DNA of 64,000 bases from Felis catus (GCF_018350175.1 NC_058376.1:142352001-142416000); one strand, 5' to 3'. Positions 40,277 through 52,684 are shown, numbered from the stretch's first letter. A program made the numbers and translations. Notes: a model not told the origin generated them from the sequence alone.

Positions 40277-40499
40277 TTTTTTTTAATTTTTTTTCAACGT
40301 TTTTATTTATTTTTGGGACAGAGAGAGACAGAGCATGAACGGGGGAGGGGCAGAGAGAGAAGGAGACACAGAATCGGAACCAGGCTCCAGGCTCTGAGCC
40401 ATCAGCCCAGAGCCCAATGCAGGGCTCGAACTCATGGACCGCGAGATCGTGACCTGGCTGAAGTCGGACGCTTAACCGACTGCGCCACCCAGGCGCCCC
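40277..40499 (-). mobile_element. Young SINEC_Fc1 nested in the tail of an older SINE
   Basis: TSD TTTAAATTTATTTCTTTT at 40259-40276 and 40500-40517. Confidence 0.96.
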
Positions 40500-40670
40500 T
40501 TTAAATTTATTTCTTTTGAGACAGAGAGAGAGTGTGTGTGAGAGCAGGGTAGGGGCAGAGAGAGAGGGAGAGAAAGAGATCACAATGTGGACTTGATCTC
40601 ACAATCAGACCATGACCTGAGCTGAAAACAAGGGTTGGATACTCAACCAGCTGAGCCACTCAGGCGCCCC
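40500..40670 (-). mobile_element. Older CAN-SINE with internal deletion (host of nested SINE)
   Basis: Head ...gagccactcaggcgcccc at 40670. Outer degenerate TSD taaatcctgtgttaca/taaatcccatgtttca. Confidence 0.9.
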
Positions 40671-43048
40671 TAAATCCCATGTTTCAGTTAAGAGTAAAAG
40701 GCATCTATGTTTCTTCATTCTCAACTTCTGATCATCACCAAGCTGATGGAAGTAAGCTGATACTATTCTATTATTAGCCATGCTCCACAATTGGTCAGGA
40801 ATTTTACATTTTATTAACACAAGTTGCTGCTCCTTTCCCAGCAGCATGAATTATTAAGTGTCGAGCATTCCTTACCCATATGTCCAGGAGAATTATATTT
40901 GGCATGCTTAGCAAAGTCAGCCTATGATCTTGAAGTAGGTTAGAATAGAGTTTGAATGAGTGAGGCGTATTAAAATATATAACATATTGAGTTCATTTCC
41001 TAAAAGGAATCCTGAGACCCAAAATCTCATCAAGTTGTTCTAAATATAGTGCCTAAATTATGTTACCTCTAGGTTTTTAAGCAGCAGGGCAAAATTAGGA
41101 ACTGCAAATGTTGGACAGTTAAAAAAGTTTCTTTTTAGGTACTCATCTTGAACAAGCTAATTAGATTTACTCCAGGAAATTTCTGGCATGGTTAGTGGCA
41201 TATGAAAGAGAACAAAGAGAAATAGGGCACATTTGCTAGATTTGGAATGATAACAAATGAGTTTGTTAGATTAGGAAATTTCCATGGTATTGCTTTTTAA
41301 ATTTTTCTTTGGATTTTTAAATGTCCAGGGAATATAGTTACATAGTTTGCATGCAGAAACTTTGGTTGTCTTTTTTAAAAAATCCTGTCTAATATTGTCA
41401 CTCCAGTACAATTTTATATCTTTTCTTCTCAGACCTTGTTACATTTATTCCTAGGATGGTTGGGTAGTTGGTTGGATGGATGAACAGGTGGATGGGTATT
41501 TTAGATCTTCAGTGGTGCTTTAAATGGGATCTTTTCTTTTGTATTTTCAAATTTATTGTGAAAGTGTAGCATATTCGCAAAGTTAATTCACAGTAAGTCC
41601 ACTTGTACACAACGTAGTTTTTTAAAAATTATTTATTCAGCTAATTTGATCATCCTCAAAAGCCTAGACTTCTTTGCTTGTCATAGGAAAATAACTTTTA
41701 ATCCTTTAAATTTACACATTAGGTATATTCTGCTAGAAATAGTAGTCCTTTTCAATAATGCTCTTAATTTCCAGATCTCTGTTCTGGCCTCTTGCTAAAG
41801 TGACATCTGGGCCTGTTGCCATGGGGGAAACAAAGGTTATGACTCTGTGAAGAGAATGGTCAGAATCCTTAGATGTGTTCACTTAGGGCTTAATGGTTCT
41901 CAAAGGTGATGTCTCTGTTATATCTGCCTATTGTTCATCCTGCAGGCATTCCTTACTTAAATCAGCCACTGGAACTTACCATCTGTCTCTCTCAGCTTGG
42001 TGAAGAAAATTGATAGCTCTCTCCTAGGAACCAAGCCGACGTTTGTCTTGCACTGGCTTCTAAGTCTGTGCAGTATTCACCCTCACTTTTTAGGCCACCT
42101 CATTCCTCACCATTGTTATTCCAAAGCAAGGATAATGGCTTTCAACTTGGCTGCCTCTAATCTTCCTCAAGGGCCTGAAAGAAGTTCTGGATCCTCCTGA
42201 CATAATCTAGGATTCAGGAAAGCTAAACGTCTCGGATTTTGCCTGTCAAATTTAGTTTGATGGTTATGAAGATGAGACACACTGTTATTGAAATAGGTTT
42301 CCTGATTTCAGTCAGAATAACAGGATTTTGAGGATGGAGAGAGTCAAATTGCCTGCAAAATGCCAGACAAGAATAGTTACAGAAAGTAGCAAAGCTGGAC
42401 CGATAGTCAGAGTGAATTGACCCTCAGAGAATTTTCAAAGTGAGTAGTAGATCATGGAGTTCTCAAGACCAAAACAGGAGATGAGTCCATTATACTCTTT
42501 CTTGGTCTGAATAGTGGGAGGCAGCGGGGGTCGGGGGGGGGGGGGAGTAGGGTGCGGAATCTGAACAGATAAGATGATTTGTATCGCCATACTCAGATCT
42601 CCTTAATTGTCAACTGGGTCCCCTTGAAAAGGGCCATGTTATAGCATTTTAGGTTTGGAATATGATTCTCCAAATGTCCCCAATGGACATTGGGAATTTT
42701 TCCCCCAAATCCCTCTCATGAGAGGCTCATCAGATTAATAAACCAATCCTGAAGATATTGTCCAAGTTTCTGAATGCATATTTGACAGAATTGCCACATT
42801 GGCTTCCTGATTTATGAAGTATGGGTTTTTAATGGAATGAAGGAACAAGTGAAAGCCCTTGGACTATAAAAATCATAACCCAAAGTGGATGCTATATCCA
42901 GGGGAGAGTCATAAAAATTAATATAATTTTTAAAGAATATTTAGAGATTAAAAGGTATAAGAGAAACTTTCCTTTCTATCCTCATTTAGAGTCCATGCTT
43001 GGCCTCGGTTGAAAGTAGGTAGATTTTTTTTTTTACATTTATTTATTT

Positions 43049-43269
43049 ATTTAAAAAAATTTTTTTAACGTTTATTTATATTTGAGACAGACAGAGACAG
43101 AGCATGAACAGGGGAGGGACAGAGAGAGAGGGAGGCACAGAATCTGAAACGGGCTCCAGGCTCTGAGCTGTCAGCACAGAGCCCGACGCAGGGCTCGAAC
43201 TCACGGACCGTGAGATCATGACCTGAGCCAAAGTCGGACGCTTAACCTACTGAGCCACCCAGGCGCCCT
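43049..43269 (-). mobile_element. CAN-SINE nested in the tail of another SINE
   Basis: TSD CATTTATTTATTT at 43036-43048 and 43271-43283. Confidence 0.95.
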
Positions 43270-43470
43270 GCATTTATTTATTTTTGAGAGGGCGAGAGAC
43301 AGAGTGTGAGTGGGGAATGGGCAGAGACAGAAGGAGACACAGAATCTGAAGCAGGCTCCAGGTCCGAGCTGTCAGCACAGAGCCCGATGCGAGGCTCAAA
43401 CTCACAAACCGTGAGATCGTGACCTGAGCTGAAGTCAGACAGTCAACTGACAGAGCCCCCCAGGCACCCC
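43270..43470 (-). mobile_element. CAN-SINE (host of nested SINE)
   Basis: Outer TSD aaagtaggtagatttt (43012-43027) / aaagtagatagatttt (43472-43487). Confidence 0.93.
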
Positions 43471-43806
43471 AAAAGTAGATAGATTTTAAGAAAGACAGAA
43501 TATTGAAAAGTTAATAGTGATTTTAATAGTAATAGTTGTTCCAGATGTTGTTCTTTTTTTTTTTTTTTTTTAATCCTGGAGGAAATTAACTCATATCTTG
43601 GCATCTGTACTTTAGTCTGGATGTTTCTCATTTGTATTCCAGTTAACGAATCCTTTCTTCTGCTGTATCAAACCTGCTGTAGAAACAAACAAATAAAAAC
43701 AAAACAAAACAAAAACAAACAAATAAAAAACCCAAAAAAGTAACCTATTGAGTTCTTATTTTTAGTTGCTGTATTTTTAATTTCTAGAATTCCTGTTTAA
43801 TTCTTT

Positions 43807-44040
43807 AAAATTTTGTTTTAACATTTATTTATTTTTGAGACAGAGAGAGAGCATGAACGGGGGAGGGGCAGAGAGAGAGGGAGACACAGAATCTGAAGCA
43901 GGCTCCAGGCTCTGAGCCATCAGCCCAGAGCCCGATGTGGGGCTCGAACTCACAGACCACGAGATCGTGACCTGAGTCACGTGACCTGAGTCACGAGTTG
44001 AAGTCGGACGCTTAACCGACTGAGCCACCCAGGCGGCCAC
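43807..44040 (-). mobile_element. CAN-SINE with a 21-nt palindromic internal insertion
   Basis: TSD GTTTAATTCTTT at 43795-43806 and 44041-44052. Extra tcacgtgacctgagtcacgag relative to sibling copies in this window. Confidence 0.95.
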
Positions 44041-44113
44041 GTTTAATTCTTTTGAAAATACATTTCAGTTGGCTCATGAAATCCTCCAGAATGTATTAAT
44101 GAGAGATATTTTA

Positions 44114-44629
44114 TTTAGAAAAAAATTTAATGGTTTTTTGTTTATTTATTTATTTTAAATATAATTTATTGTCAAATTGGCTAACATACAGTATGTAAAG
44201 CGTGCTCTTGATTTTTGGGGTAGATTCCTGTAGTTCATCGCTTACATGCAGCACCCAGTGCTCATCCCAACAAGTGCCCTCCTCAATGCCCATCACTCAT
44301 TTTCCTGTCTCCCCCACCCACCCCCATCAGTTTTTTCTCTGTATTTAAGAGTCTCTTATGGTTTGCCTCCCCCCCCCCCACTCTGTTTGTAAATATTTTT
44401 TCCCCTTTCCTTCCCCCATGATCTTCTATTAAGTTTCTCAAGGCTCACATATGAGTGAAAACATGATGTCTTTCTCTGACTGACTTGTTTCACTCAGCAT
44501 AATACCTTCCAGTTCCATCCAGTTGCTGCAAATGGCATGATTTCATCCTTTCTCACTGCCAAGTAGTATTCCCATTGTATATATAAACCACATCTTCTTT
44601 ATCCATTCATCAGTTGATGGACATTTAGG
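44114..44629 (-). mobile_element. Carnivore L1 3' end, 5'-truncated
   Basis: cacccagtgctcatcccaacaagtgccctcctcaatgcccatc...ccattcatcagttgatggacatttagg. TSD taatgagagatatttta/taattagagatatttta. Confidence 0.93.
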
Positions 44630-44729
44630 TAATTAGAGATATTTTAAACTGCATGCCTAATTACTAATAACTGGATCAACTGTGGGTATATTCTATTGTC
44701 TGTATTTTTTTCTCTTGGTCTTACTTCTT

Positions 44730-44948
44730 TTTAAAAAAAAATTTAATGTTTATTTGTGTTTGAGAAAGAAAGAGAGACAGAGTGTGAGTGGGGGAGGGGC
44801 AGAAAGAGGGGGAGACACAGAATTTGAAGCAGGCTCCAGGCTCTGAGCTGTTAGCACAGAGCCTGACTTGGGGCTCGAACTTAGGAACTGTGAGATCATG
44901 ACCTGAGCCAAAGTTGGATGCTTAACTGACTGAGCCACAAGGTGCCCG
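44730..44948 (-). mobile_element. CAN-SINE
   Basis: TSD tctcttggtcttacttctt/tctcttggtcttatttctt. Confidence 0.94.
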
Positions 44949-47035
44949 TCTCTTGGTCTTATTTCTTGATATGCCTCATAATTTTTTATTCAAATCTGTA
45001 TTTTATGTATGAAAAAATGTGGATACTCTGGGTGATGTTGAGGCAAATCAATTTAATCCAACCAAGGACTGAACTGACTAAGGTCTTAGGAAAGTTCATT
45101 TTTTCTGATACCCTCTTAATTTTAGGGTGTAGCCTTCTAAGGTTTTCAACTGACAGCCTATATTGACTCTTTCAGAGGCAAGTCCCAAATTCTAATTTTA
45201 ATCTGGTCAGCGTCATAAGATTGCCAGAAATAGCTCTCTGCCTGTCTTGGGTTTTCTACATGGAATTTTAATCTCCTAGCTTGAACAGCTTGAGAATTCA
45301 GTAAATGTCTTTGGGGGAAACCAATAAGTTTTACTTCTCTGCATTACCTTTCTCTGGGATCTTGGCCTTTCTAATGTTGACTGCCTTTTCAGCTCTGAAT
45401 TCTAATTTTTTTCCCCCCAGTCCTGTGAGATTGCCAAAGCCTTGCTGGCTTTTCTGCCTTTTTGCAGCATTTATTTGTTTATATTTCTGCTCTTTTGATT
45501 CTGTGTCATCGATCAGCATGTGTCTGAAGGTTAAAACAACAGTTTACCTCTTGGAGTTTCCCTCTCTCTGGCCTCACCTTTAAGGCCAGGTTGCTTGTGA
45601 AGTTCTGTAGTAACTTCATAAAGATGTACCTTGTGTTGTAGTTTGATGTCTCTAATCCTTGACGGTATCATTTTGTTTTCACACGCTACTTTGTCAAAGG
45701 TACTTGGAGAAGTTCTGATATAGTCTAAAGTGGGGTTATCAGCTTTTAAAAAACACCCTCGATGATTTTCAAGTGAAGTCCAAGTTGAAATATACTTTTC
45801 TTGCTGTTTTCCCATGTTACATGGGGCCAATTTTAATTATTTACGTTTTTGTTGAAAAATTAATTTTCATAGACTTTCAAATTAATAGAAATAGTCAAAT
45901 ATCCTTATCCCTTATAATTATTTTACTTTCCATTTTATCCGCAGTTATTTTCCATTCTTTTATTTTTAATATTTATATTTGGATCTTCTTTTATGGCTTA
46001 ATAGTTATTTAGTAATTTATTTCCCAAATACCAGCCTTTTGACTCATTTATTATCTCTGCTTTTTTCTAATTTGTATTTTCTAACTTTTAGCTCTGTTAA
46101 ATCAATTTTTCTGCTTTAGTTTTATCTACTTTTTTCCATAGTTACTTTAAATGACTAATAATTAATTAATTTATTTCTTATTAATTAATATGAGTACTTT
46201 AGGTTTTGGGGTTTCATCTGAACATGAATACAACTATGTTCCATAAGTACTGATATGTAGTAGTTTCAATTTTCACTATTGTCCCCCGAATTTGAAATTG
46301 TGGCTATTTGGTCCTTAGTAATCTGTCTAGTGAATTTACAGTAAGGATAATATTGAATGATTTATGAATAATGTCTTGTTTTAATGGAGCTTTGAACAGG
46401 GAATAGTTTCTATAATTTTGTGAAACAAAAATTAGTCCAAAAATTGTTTAGAAAGGATCCAGAATGACACTGTCTAAGAAGATTCTGGGTTTTTATTTTA
46501 GGTGTCCTTAGAAAATTTGGTTCAGGCCAACATTTAAAAAATAAATTGTGGCAATTCTGATTTTATTCTTTCTTTTGTCATAGCTATGTTGGGAACTGGC
46601 CATGGCTGTCTGGGCATTGGCCCCTTGTGTCTAGTCAAGTGGGCTTCAGTGTTTTCTGGAAATCTCAATAGCCTTAGTCTTCAAAAATTAGTGATAAATA
46701 TGGATTTGAAATTAAGTCATGCTTGTTTCTCACTGTTGTTTAGTACTTGTCCCTCAGTGACTTATAGATCCCTGGAGTAAATGTTAATTAACATATTTTT
46801 GCAGAAAGGAACGTAGATTTCTTTGAAAAGAGGAAGTGGAGATCAGAGTGACTTTGAGCCCCTGAGATGTCGCTTGATTTCCCAGTAAGTGATTTGCCAC
46901 TATACTTCCTCACTTTCCTTCTTCCTACCAGAATTTCTCATGTGTTTTTAGTGTATTACCCAAGGTGACTCTGGTTGATAACATGTTAAATAACATTATT
47001 TTTTTCTATATTGTCTGCTATGGAAGGCATGGCAT

Positions 47036-47094
47036 TGGAATAAAAAGCAGTTAAGTAAAACAAACTGGAATAAAAAGCAGTTAAGTAAAACAAA
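47036..47094. repeat. Perfect 30-bp tandem duplication
   Basis: TGGAATAAAAAGCAGTTAAGTAAAACAAA occurs twice with period 30. Confidence 0.95.
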
Positions 47095-49381
47095 GAAAAA
47101 ATAGCCTTTCAAATGCCTTCTTTTTATCCAGAGGGAAAATGAAAATATTTGCTGCCTTAATGTAATCCGAGTATAATTGACATTGGAGTGAAGGGCATTT
47201 GGGGCGAGTCAAAGGTGATTTCATTTTAGACACTTTTCCACTGGGTCAATAATTGATCAGTCACTTTATGAAGCATGTTTGGTCAGAGCAATGGCCAAGC
47301 TATCACAAGGAATGAGCCAGAGAACAGAGCCCTTAGAAAACAAATCTCTCTTTTTCAAAGCTATTTGCACATTTAGATAGCCTATCAGTCATTACACTAA
47401 TTCCTGAGGAAATCAAATAAGACAACCACTCAATTTCCTCCTTAATTTACTCATCAAGACACTCAGGAAGAGGCTAAAGGGGATCATTGGGTCTGCAGGG
47501 AACAGGAGATCACAAAATAAAAGAAGCAAAATGATTCTACTCATCAGGAAGGCGTCATTGGCTGTTTCAAGATTTTATAACAAAAATGAGTTCTGTTGTG
47601 AGTTTAGAATAGATGTACGATCCTGTGGACACAGAAGGAACTTCTGGAGGCCCTAGAACAATCAGTCACCAGTTGGACTGCTTTGCTTCCTTTTAATTTG
47701 TTGGGCCATCCTTATGAAATTATATACTATGTGTTAAAAAGTTAAGAAGCATACATGATTATGACAAAAACAGAGGTGGTTGAAATAGCTCATTGGTAAA
47801 CAGTAGAGACTGCCTTTCTACTTCTACTGAATATGAAAAAAATGAAAGAGACTTTAGGAAAAGCCTCCAAATTCTGGTAAAGACTCATCATTTATGCCTG
47901 GGTTTTTCCATTTTCTTTTCTGTCCTTGCCACTCTGGAATTTGACAGATTCCAGTACAAGAGAGGTAAGGACAGAGGTAAAATGTTTCAAGGTGAAAGTA
48001 CACAGTTGAAGCATTCTAATCCAGACTCTTGGAAGGGAACTCTTTTAGTTTGCATGTGATGCAATTTGCTTATCTCCTGTCTCTCTCTTTTTCTCCCCCT
48101 TCTCCATTGCCTCTTGGTTACTGTTTACTCTTTTCTACATATGAAAATCCTTGAAGTAGATGATAAACTTCTAGAAGGCATGGAGTGATGGACTATTCTT
48201 CCTCATTCTCCTCTCCTCCTTCCGTGCCACATCATATACCTAGTGCGAAGTGTGAGCATTATCTTTTCAGATAATGATCAGACAGCCTATAGCTTTTACC
48301 TCCAAATGCGCCTTGACTTTCAGTGTGATTTTAGGCAGTGATACATGTATTACAGTAATCATGTCCATGCTGAAATCATTTTGAATCCTCCACCTGGTCA
48401 ACTGTCTTATGCTCCTATAGCAGAGTTTCGTACAATCCTTTCAAGTAGCAAAAATCTTCATTGACTCATATGATTATAGTGAAACAACTATGGACTTGTA
48501 CTAATGTGGAATACAGACGTCATCTCCCTTTGCCAGCAGCCACCCTAGAGTACCTAGGTCATAACTTTGCAGTACACTCAGCACTTGTTAGTGTACTGAA
48601 GGGGCACTGTTCTCTTCCACACGTGTGTCCTTATAGCTTCTTTAACACAAAGTTATCTTATCCTGTCTATTAAACCAATGCGTTATGTAACACGTATCAA
48701 GCATATAATATATAAATGCTAAGAAATCCCAGGAACCTCAGTATTTTGACAGCAATTGCCTTCCCTCACTTTAACTTATTCTTGGCTCCTTACCTTAGGA
48801 GGTGTGCAGTTTCTTCCTGATTTTACTAAACTTTGCCCATTTTTTTTCTCTAAGACTTTTGTGAGTCATTTTCTCCCTGGGGGACTTTGCCTACTTCCTT
48901 TCTGGAGCTGGCCCTGGCCAATGGCACATGTTTGTTTTTAGAAAGAAATAAAAACAAAAACAATAACAACAACAACACAAAAACCCACTCAGATTCATCT
49001 CGGCCACACCATCACTGTGTTGACTTTCTGTAATATTCACCATAGCCTCAATCTCTCTTTCCCGATCTGTCTGTCTCTTTCCCTCTCTTTATTTCTCTCA
49101 TCGAAATGTCTGAGAAGAGAAAAATCCTTTCTGGTTGTAGAAGGGCCAGTTAGGGATTCAAACATGGCTCTTTTTTGGAGTGGGACCCAATGAATCCCTC
49201 CTTTGTTCTTCTGGGTTACACACGACAATTAATGAGACAGGCTGTCTCCCAGAAAAGGGTATTTTTCTAAAATGGATTTAATTTTGGAAAACAATTAAAT
49301 ATCATTAAAGACCAAATCTAAAGAATAATTCAGGTGACCAGGTTGAGTAACTCCATCATTTAATTGGTTTGTTTTGTGTCT

Positions 49382-49574
49382 NNNNNNNNNNNNNNNNNNN
49401 NNNNNNNNNNNNNNNNNNNNNNNNNNNNNNNNNNNNNNNNNNNNNNNNNNNNNNNNNNNNNNNNNNNNNNNNNNNNNNNNNNNNNNNNNNNNNNNNNNNN
49501 NNNNNNNNNNNNNNNNNNNNNNNNNNNNNNNNNNNNNNNNNNNNNNNNNNNNNNNNNNNNNNNNNNNNNNNNNN
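49382..49574. other. Assembly gap (N run)
   Basis: 193 N. Confidence 1.
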
Positions 49575-50279
49575 CACCTCCCTGGGAACAACTAGATCTT
49601 GAAGCACCCCTTAGGTAGAGATGACATGGAGAAATACAAACAGAAAGAGTCAAGTTTTGGCTTTTGGTTCCAAAATAAATATATATTTATCCAAGCTAGG
49701 TATAGAGTGGTAGACAAATTAAACCTGACCTCTTTAGTTACGGAGTTTATAACAGAATATACACTGAATATACAACTAAAAGATTATGTTACTACCCTCA
49801 ATGGGTTCTGCTTTCCATATGAGGAACATCATGTTTTTCATGTCTTTGCCAAATAATTATTTACCAAACTAGCAGTTCTGATGCCTTCCAATTCACTTTG
49901 ATTTATCCACTTCCACTCATTTTGAAAGATAACCCAAATAAAACAGGATTCTATTTATGTAGAACTGTTGCTGTGGGGTTAGCTTCAGCTTTGCAAGGTA
50001 ATTCTTGGGTGGTTTTGCCTTTGTTGTTTTATTGTCATTAATCAGGCTAACTGATGGGAAGGCAGGAAGAAGGGCAGGAATGATTAAATCCCTGCTTTTG
50101 GACATTTGCAAATTGGAGTGATTTACCTGGGCACATGATTTCTCGTTCAGTCACAATTTTTAGGAAGAGATGATGGAGGGGGAAGAGAGAATAGATTAGG
50201 GACGATGGGGATTACATTGACCGGTTATTTTGATATTTTGCTGTTTGGTAGAATATGATTTAACTGATTAGCAGAAGTA

Positions 50280-50676
50280 TTTTCAGACCTTTGGATTCTC
50301 CGAGAAGCTGGCGCTGAGGAGCACAAGAGGTTTATGTAGGGGGAGAGGGTTGCGCAAGATATTTGTGCAAAATAATGGAAGGGGGAACCGGATGGTGCAG
50401 ACCTCAGATTTGACGGAGATTCAGCCAAGTGTCAGCCCAGTGGGGAGCTGCATAGCAGAGGTCACCCTTAAGAGGAGTTCTGTTTTGAGGAAAGAGCCAA
50501 GCCCTAAGCAGCCACTGTGATCAGTCATTGTTTGGAAGGTCTGCAGGAAGAACAAGGCCTTGGCTGGAGATCCCGTAGTTGCCACAGCTGGAAGCTCTCA
50601 GCTGACCTCATTGCTCATACTGAATGGTAAGGTCTTTCTTGAAGGAGAGCTGAACAGTATGATCCATGGCTGCCAC
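50280..50676 (-). mobile_element. ERVL solo LTR (LTR16-like)
   Basis: tcagcccagtggggagct...gatcagtcattgtttgg...ggccttggc...ctttcttgaaggagagctgaac...ccatggctgccac. Confidence 0.7.
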
Positions 50677-50819
50677 GATCCCTAAGCATGCCCCTCAGCC
50701 TGTGATCCCCCCTCCCCTGGGGCAACTAGACCTCGAAGCACCCCTTAGGTAGAGATGTCACCGAGAAATACAGAGAGAAATAAACTTTTGATATGCTTGG
50801 CTGTGACAATTACTTGTAG

Positions 50820-50861
50820 AAAAAGTCATTGTATTTTTCCAAAAAAGTCATTGTATTTTTC
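50820..50861. repeat. 22-bp tandem duplication
   Basis: AAAAAGTCATTGTATTTTTC occurs twice. Confidence 0.92.
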
Positions 50862-52559
50862 TATCCAATGAAAGACAGAGGAGGACAACTCTGTGACTAG
50901 AGAAAGTTGTCACCACCTTCAAGATGGAGAGGGAGGACAGTAAGAGTAGAGGAAGAAGTGGAAGAGGCTAAAGGCACTGGGTTGAATCCTGGGAGAGAAG
51001 AGGACAGAATGGGAGAAACCAGACAGAGAAGCTGTGTGAGAGCCTGGTCTAGGGATAGCACTGTCCACATGCCTGTTCAGAGTGCCCTGTCCTCAGGCCC
51101 TTGGCCAAGGGGCTGCGTGTGGGTCTGCGATCCAGCTTATACACGGCTCCATAAGCTACCAAGGGACAAGTTTTCTTCTAGCTAGTTTGCCCAGAAGAGA
51201 TGTATCTTGGCAATTTGTCCACAAGGATGGGACATTTTCTTTTTTCAAATTCACAAAGTTCCTTGTACACCAGCAGGGAGGCTGCTGATGCATTGCTTTT
51301 TGGATGGAGTCTGAGAAAGTCACAAGGTCTCAGAAGCTCTTTATCCAAGCCAGGTACAGTTGAGGAGAAAATGAATATCAAGTGGGGTGTTTATAATCAC
51401 GGGCCTGAAGCTTTCTTACTAGGTCTCATGTTATGGTGCTGGGAGGTCTAGAATTTCTCCCCTTGATATCCAGAACAGTACTGAGGTCGTACTGAAGCCA
51501 GAAAACCTGGAGAGGCCATAAAATAGAAGGGGCTTTTCTGGAGAAGTAAGGAACCAACAGTCAAGAGGATATGAGAATTAGTGGATGTCAAGTGGATAAC
51601 ATTGTTTCCCCTCTGAGTATTCTATAAACCCTGGGGACTTGGAGACAACTCTGGGAAGAAACAGGAAGGATCTTCTATTGACAGAGAATCTCTTATATGA
51701 GTGGGATTACCCGAATCCCTGGGGTTAAATTCCTACCATCTTGAGTAATAGGGGCCCAAGGTAATTGGGTGGTAGAAAAATTAAGGTGCATACATTTGTC
51801 TTTACAGCTTAATTTGTGATTCCCGCCCCCCCCCAAATTAGAACCTTCTGCACATTAATAAGTAACTGAGGTTCCAAGTTGAAGCAAATTGTCTTAGATC
51901 TCAGAAAGAAAGTAGGAAAGCAGGACAGACTCAGGCTTTCTGACACCAGCCCCGGTGTTCTTTAACTCACAGCATCCCACTTCCTCTTTGCAACCTGTTA
52001 GGAATCTCAGCCAATGCTGTGCAGTGTTTGGCACACAGCAGGTGCTAGATAAATGCATGCTACTGAATGTTAATTGACTCATTTGCTGCATCCCTCAAGG
52101 TCGAATTAGCTGCACACACGAGGCTGAAAGGCTTAAGTCCTGTGCTTTAATTAGCAAATCGTGATGAACCTAAGTGCTTTAGAGAAAGAGAGAGAGGCAG
52201 TTGAAAGCGAGATTTTACACGATCAGAACTGCTGATCTGTTTACACACATGATGCCAGAATCTCACTGGTGAATGTGATGGGAACATTTTAACAGCCAAA
52301 GCACTGTGCACAGAGTTAGCATCCTGTGATGACGGAGTTGAGTGTACATCTCTTTCTCGTGAGGTTACCACCTACCATTTAGCCCAGACAGCAGAGCTCT
52401 TAGTGTTGTCGGGGTCTTTTAGCATACCGTCTTCCTCATACTGTCTACCTCACAGCCATGAAGTCTGGGAACCAGACCAATTTATTTATGTTTCAAGTGC
52501 AAAGTGTTTAATGTACTTACACTGATTCATAAGGTAGATTTTACTTTAGCTCATACATT

Positions 52560-52562
<3 letters not shown>

Positions 52563-52602
<40 letters not shown>
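52563..52602. repeat. (CA)n microsatellite
   Basis: Direct observation. Confidence 0.97.
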
Positions 52603-52604
<2 letters not shown>

Positions 52605-52684
52605 CAGAATGTGCATTTGCTGACAGATTTCTTAATTTATGGATTCGTTTTAAGAGCTTCAAATGTAGTGCCTAAAATGAAGCT

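Noticed and set aside
46584-46780. Strong + strand acceptor followed by a 64-aa ORF
   Set aside because: No convincing donor, no compositional coding signal and no recognisable protein.
52161-52235. GTGATGA...CTGA as a C/D box snoRNA
   Set aside because: Terminal stem is poor and no rRNA or snRNA antisense element was recognised. Such box pairs arise by chance.
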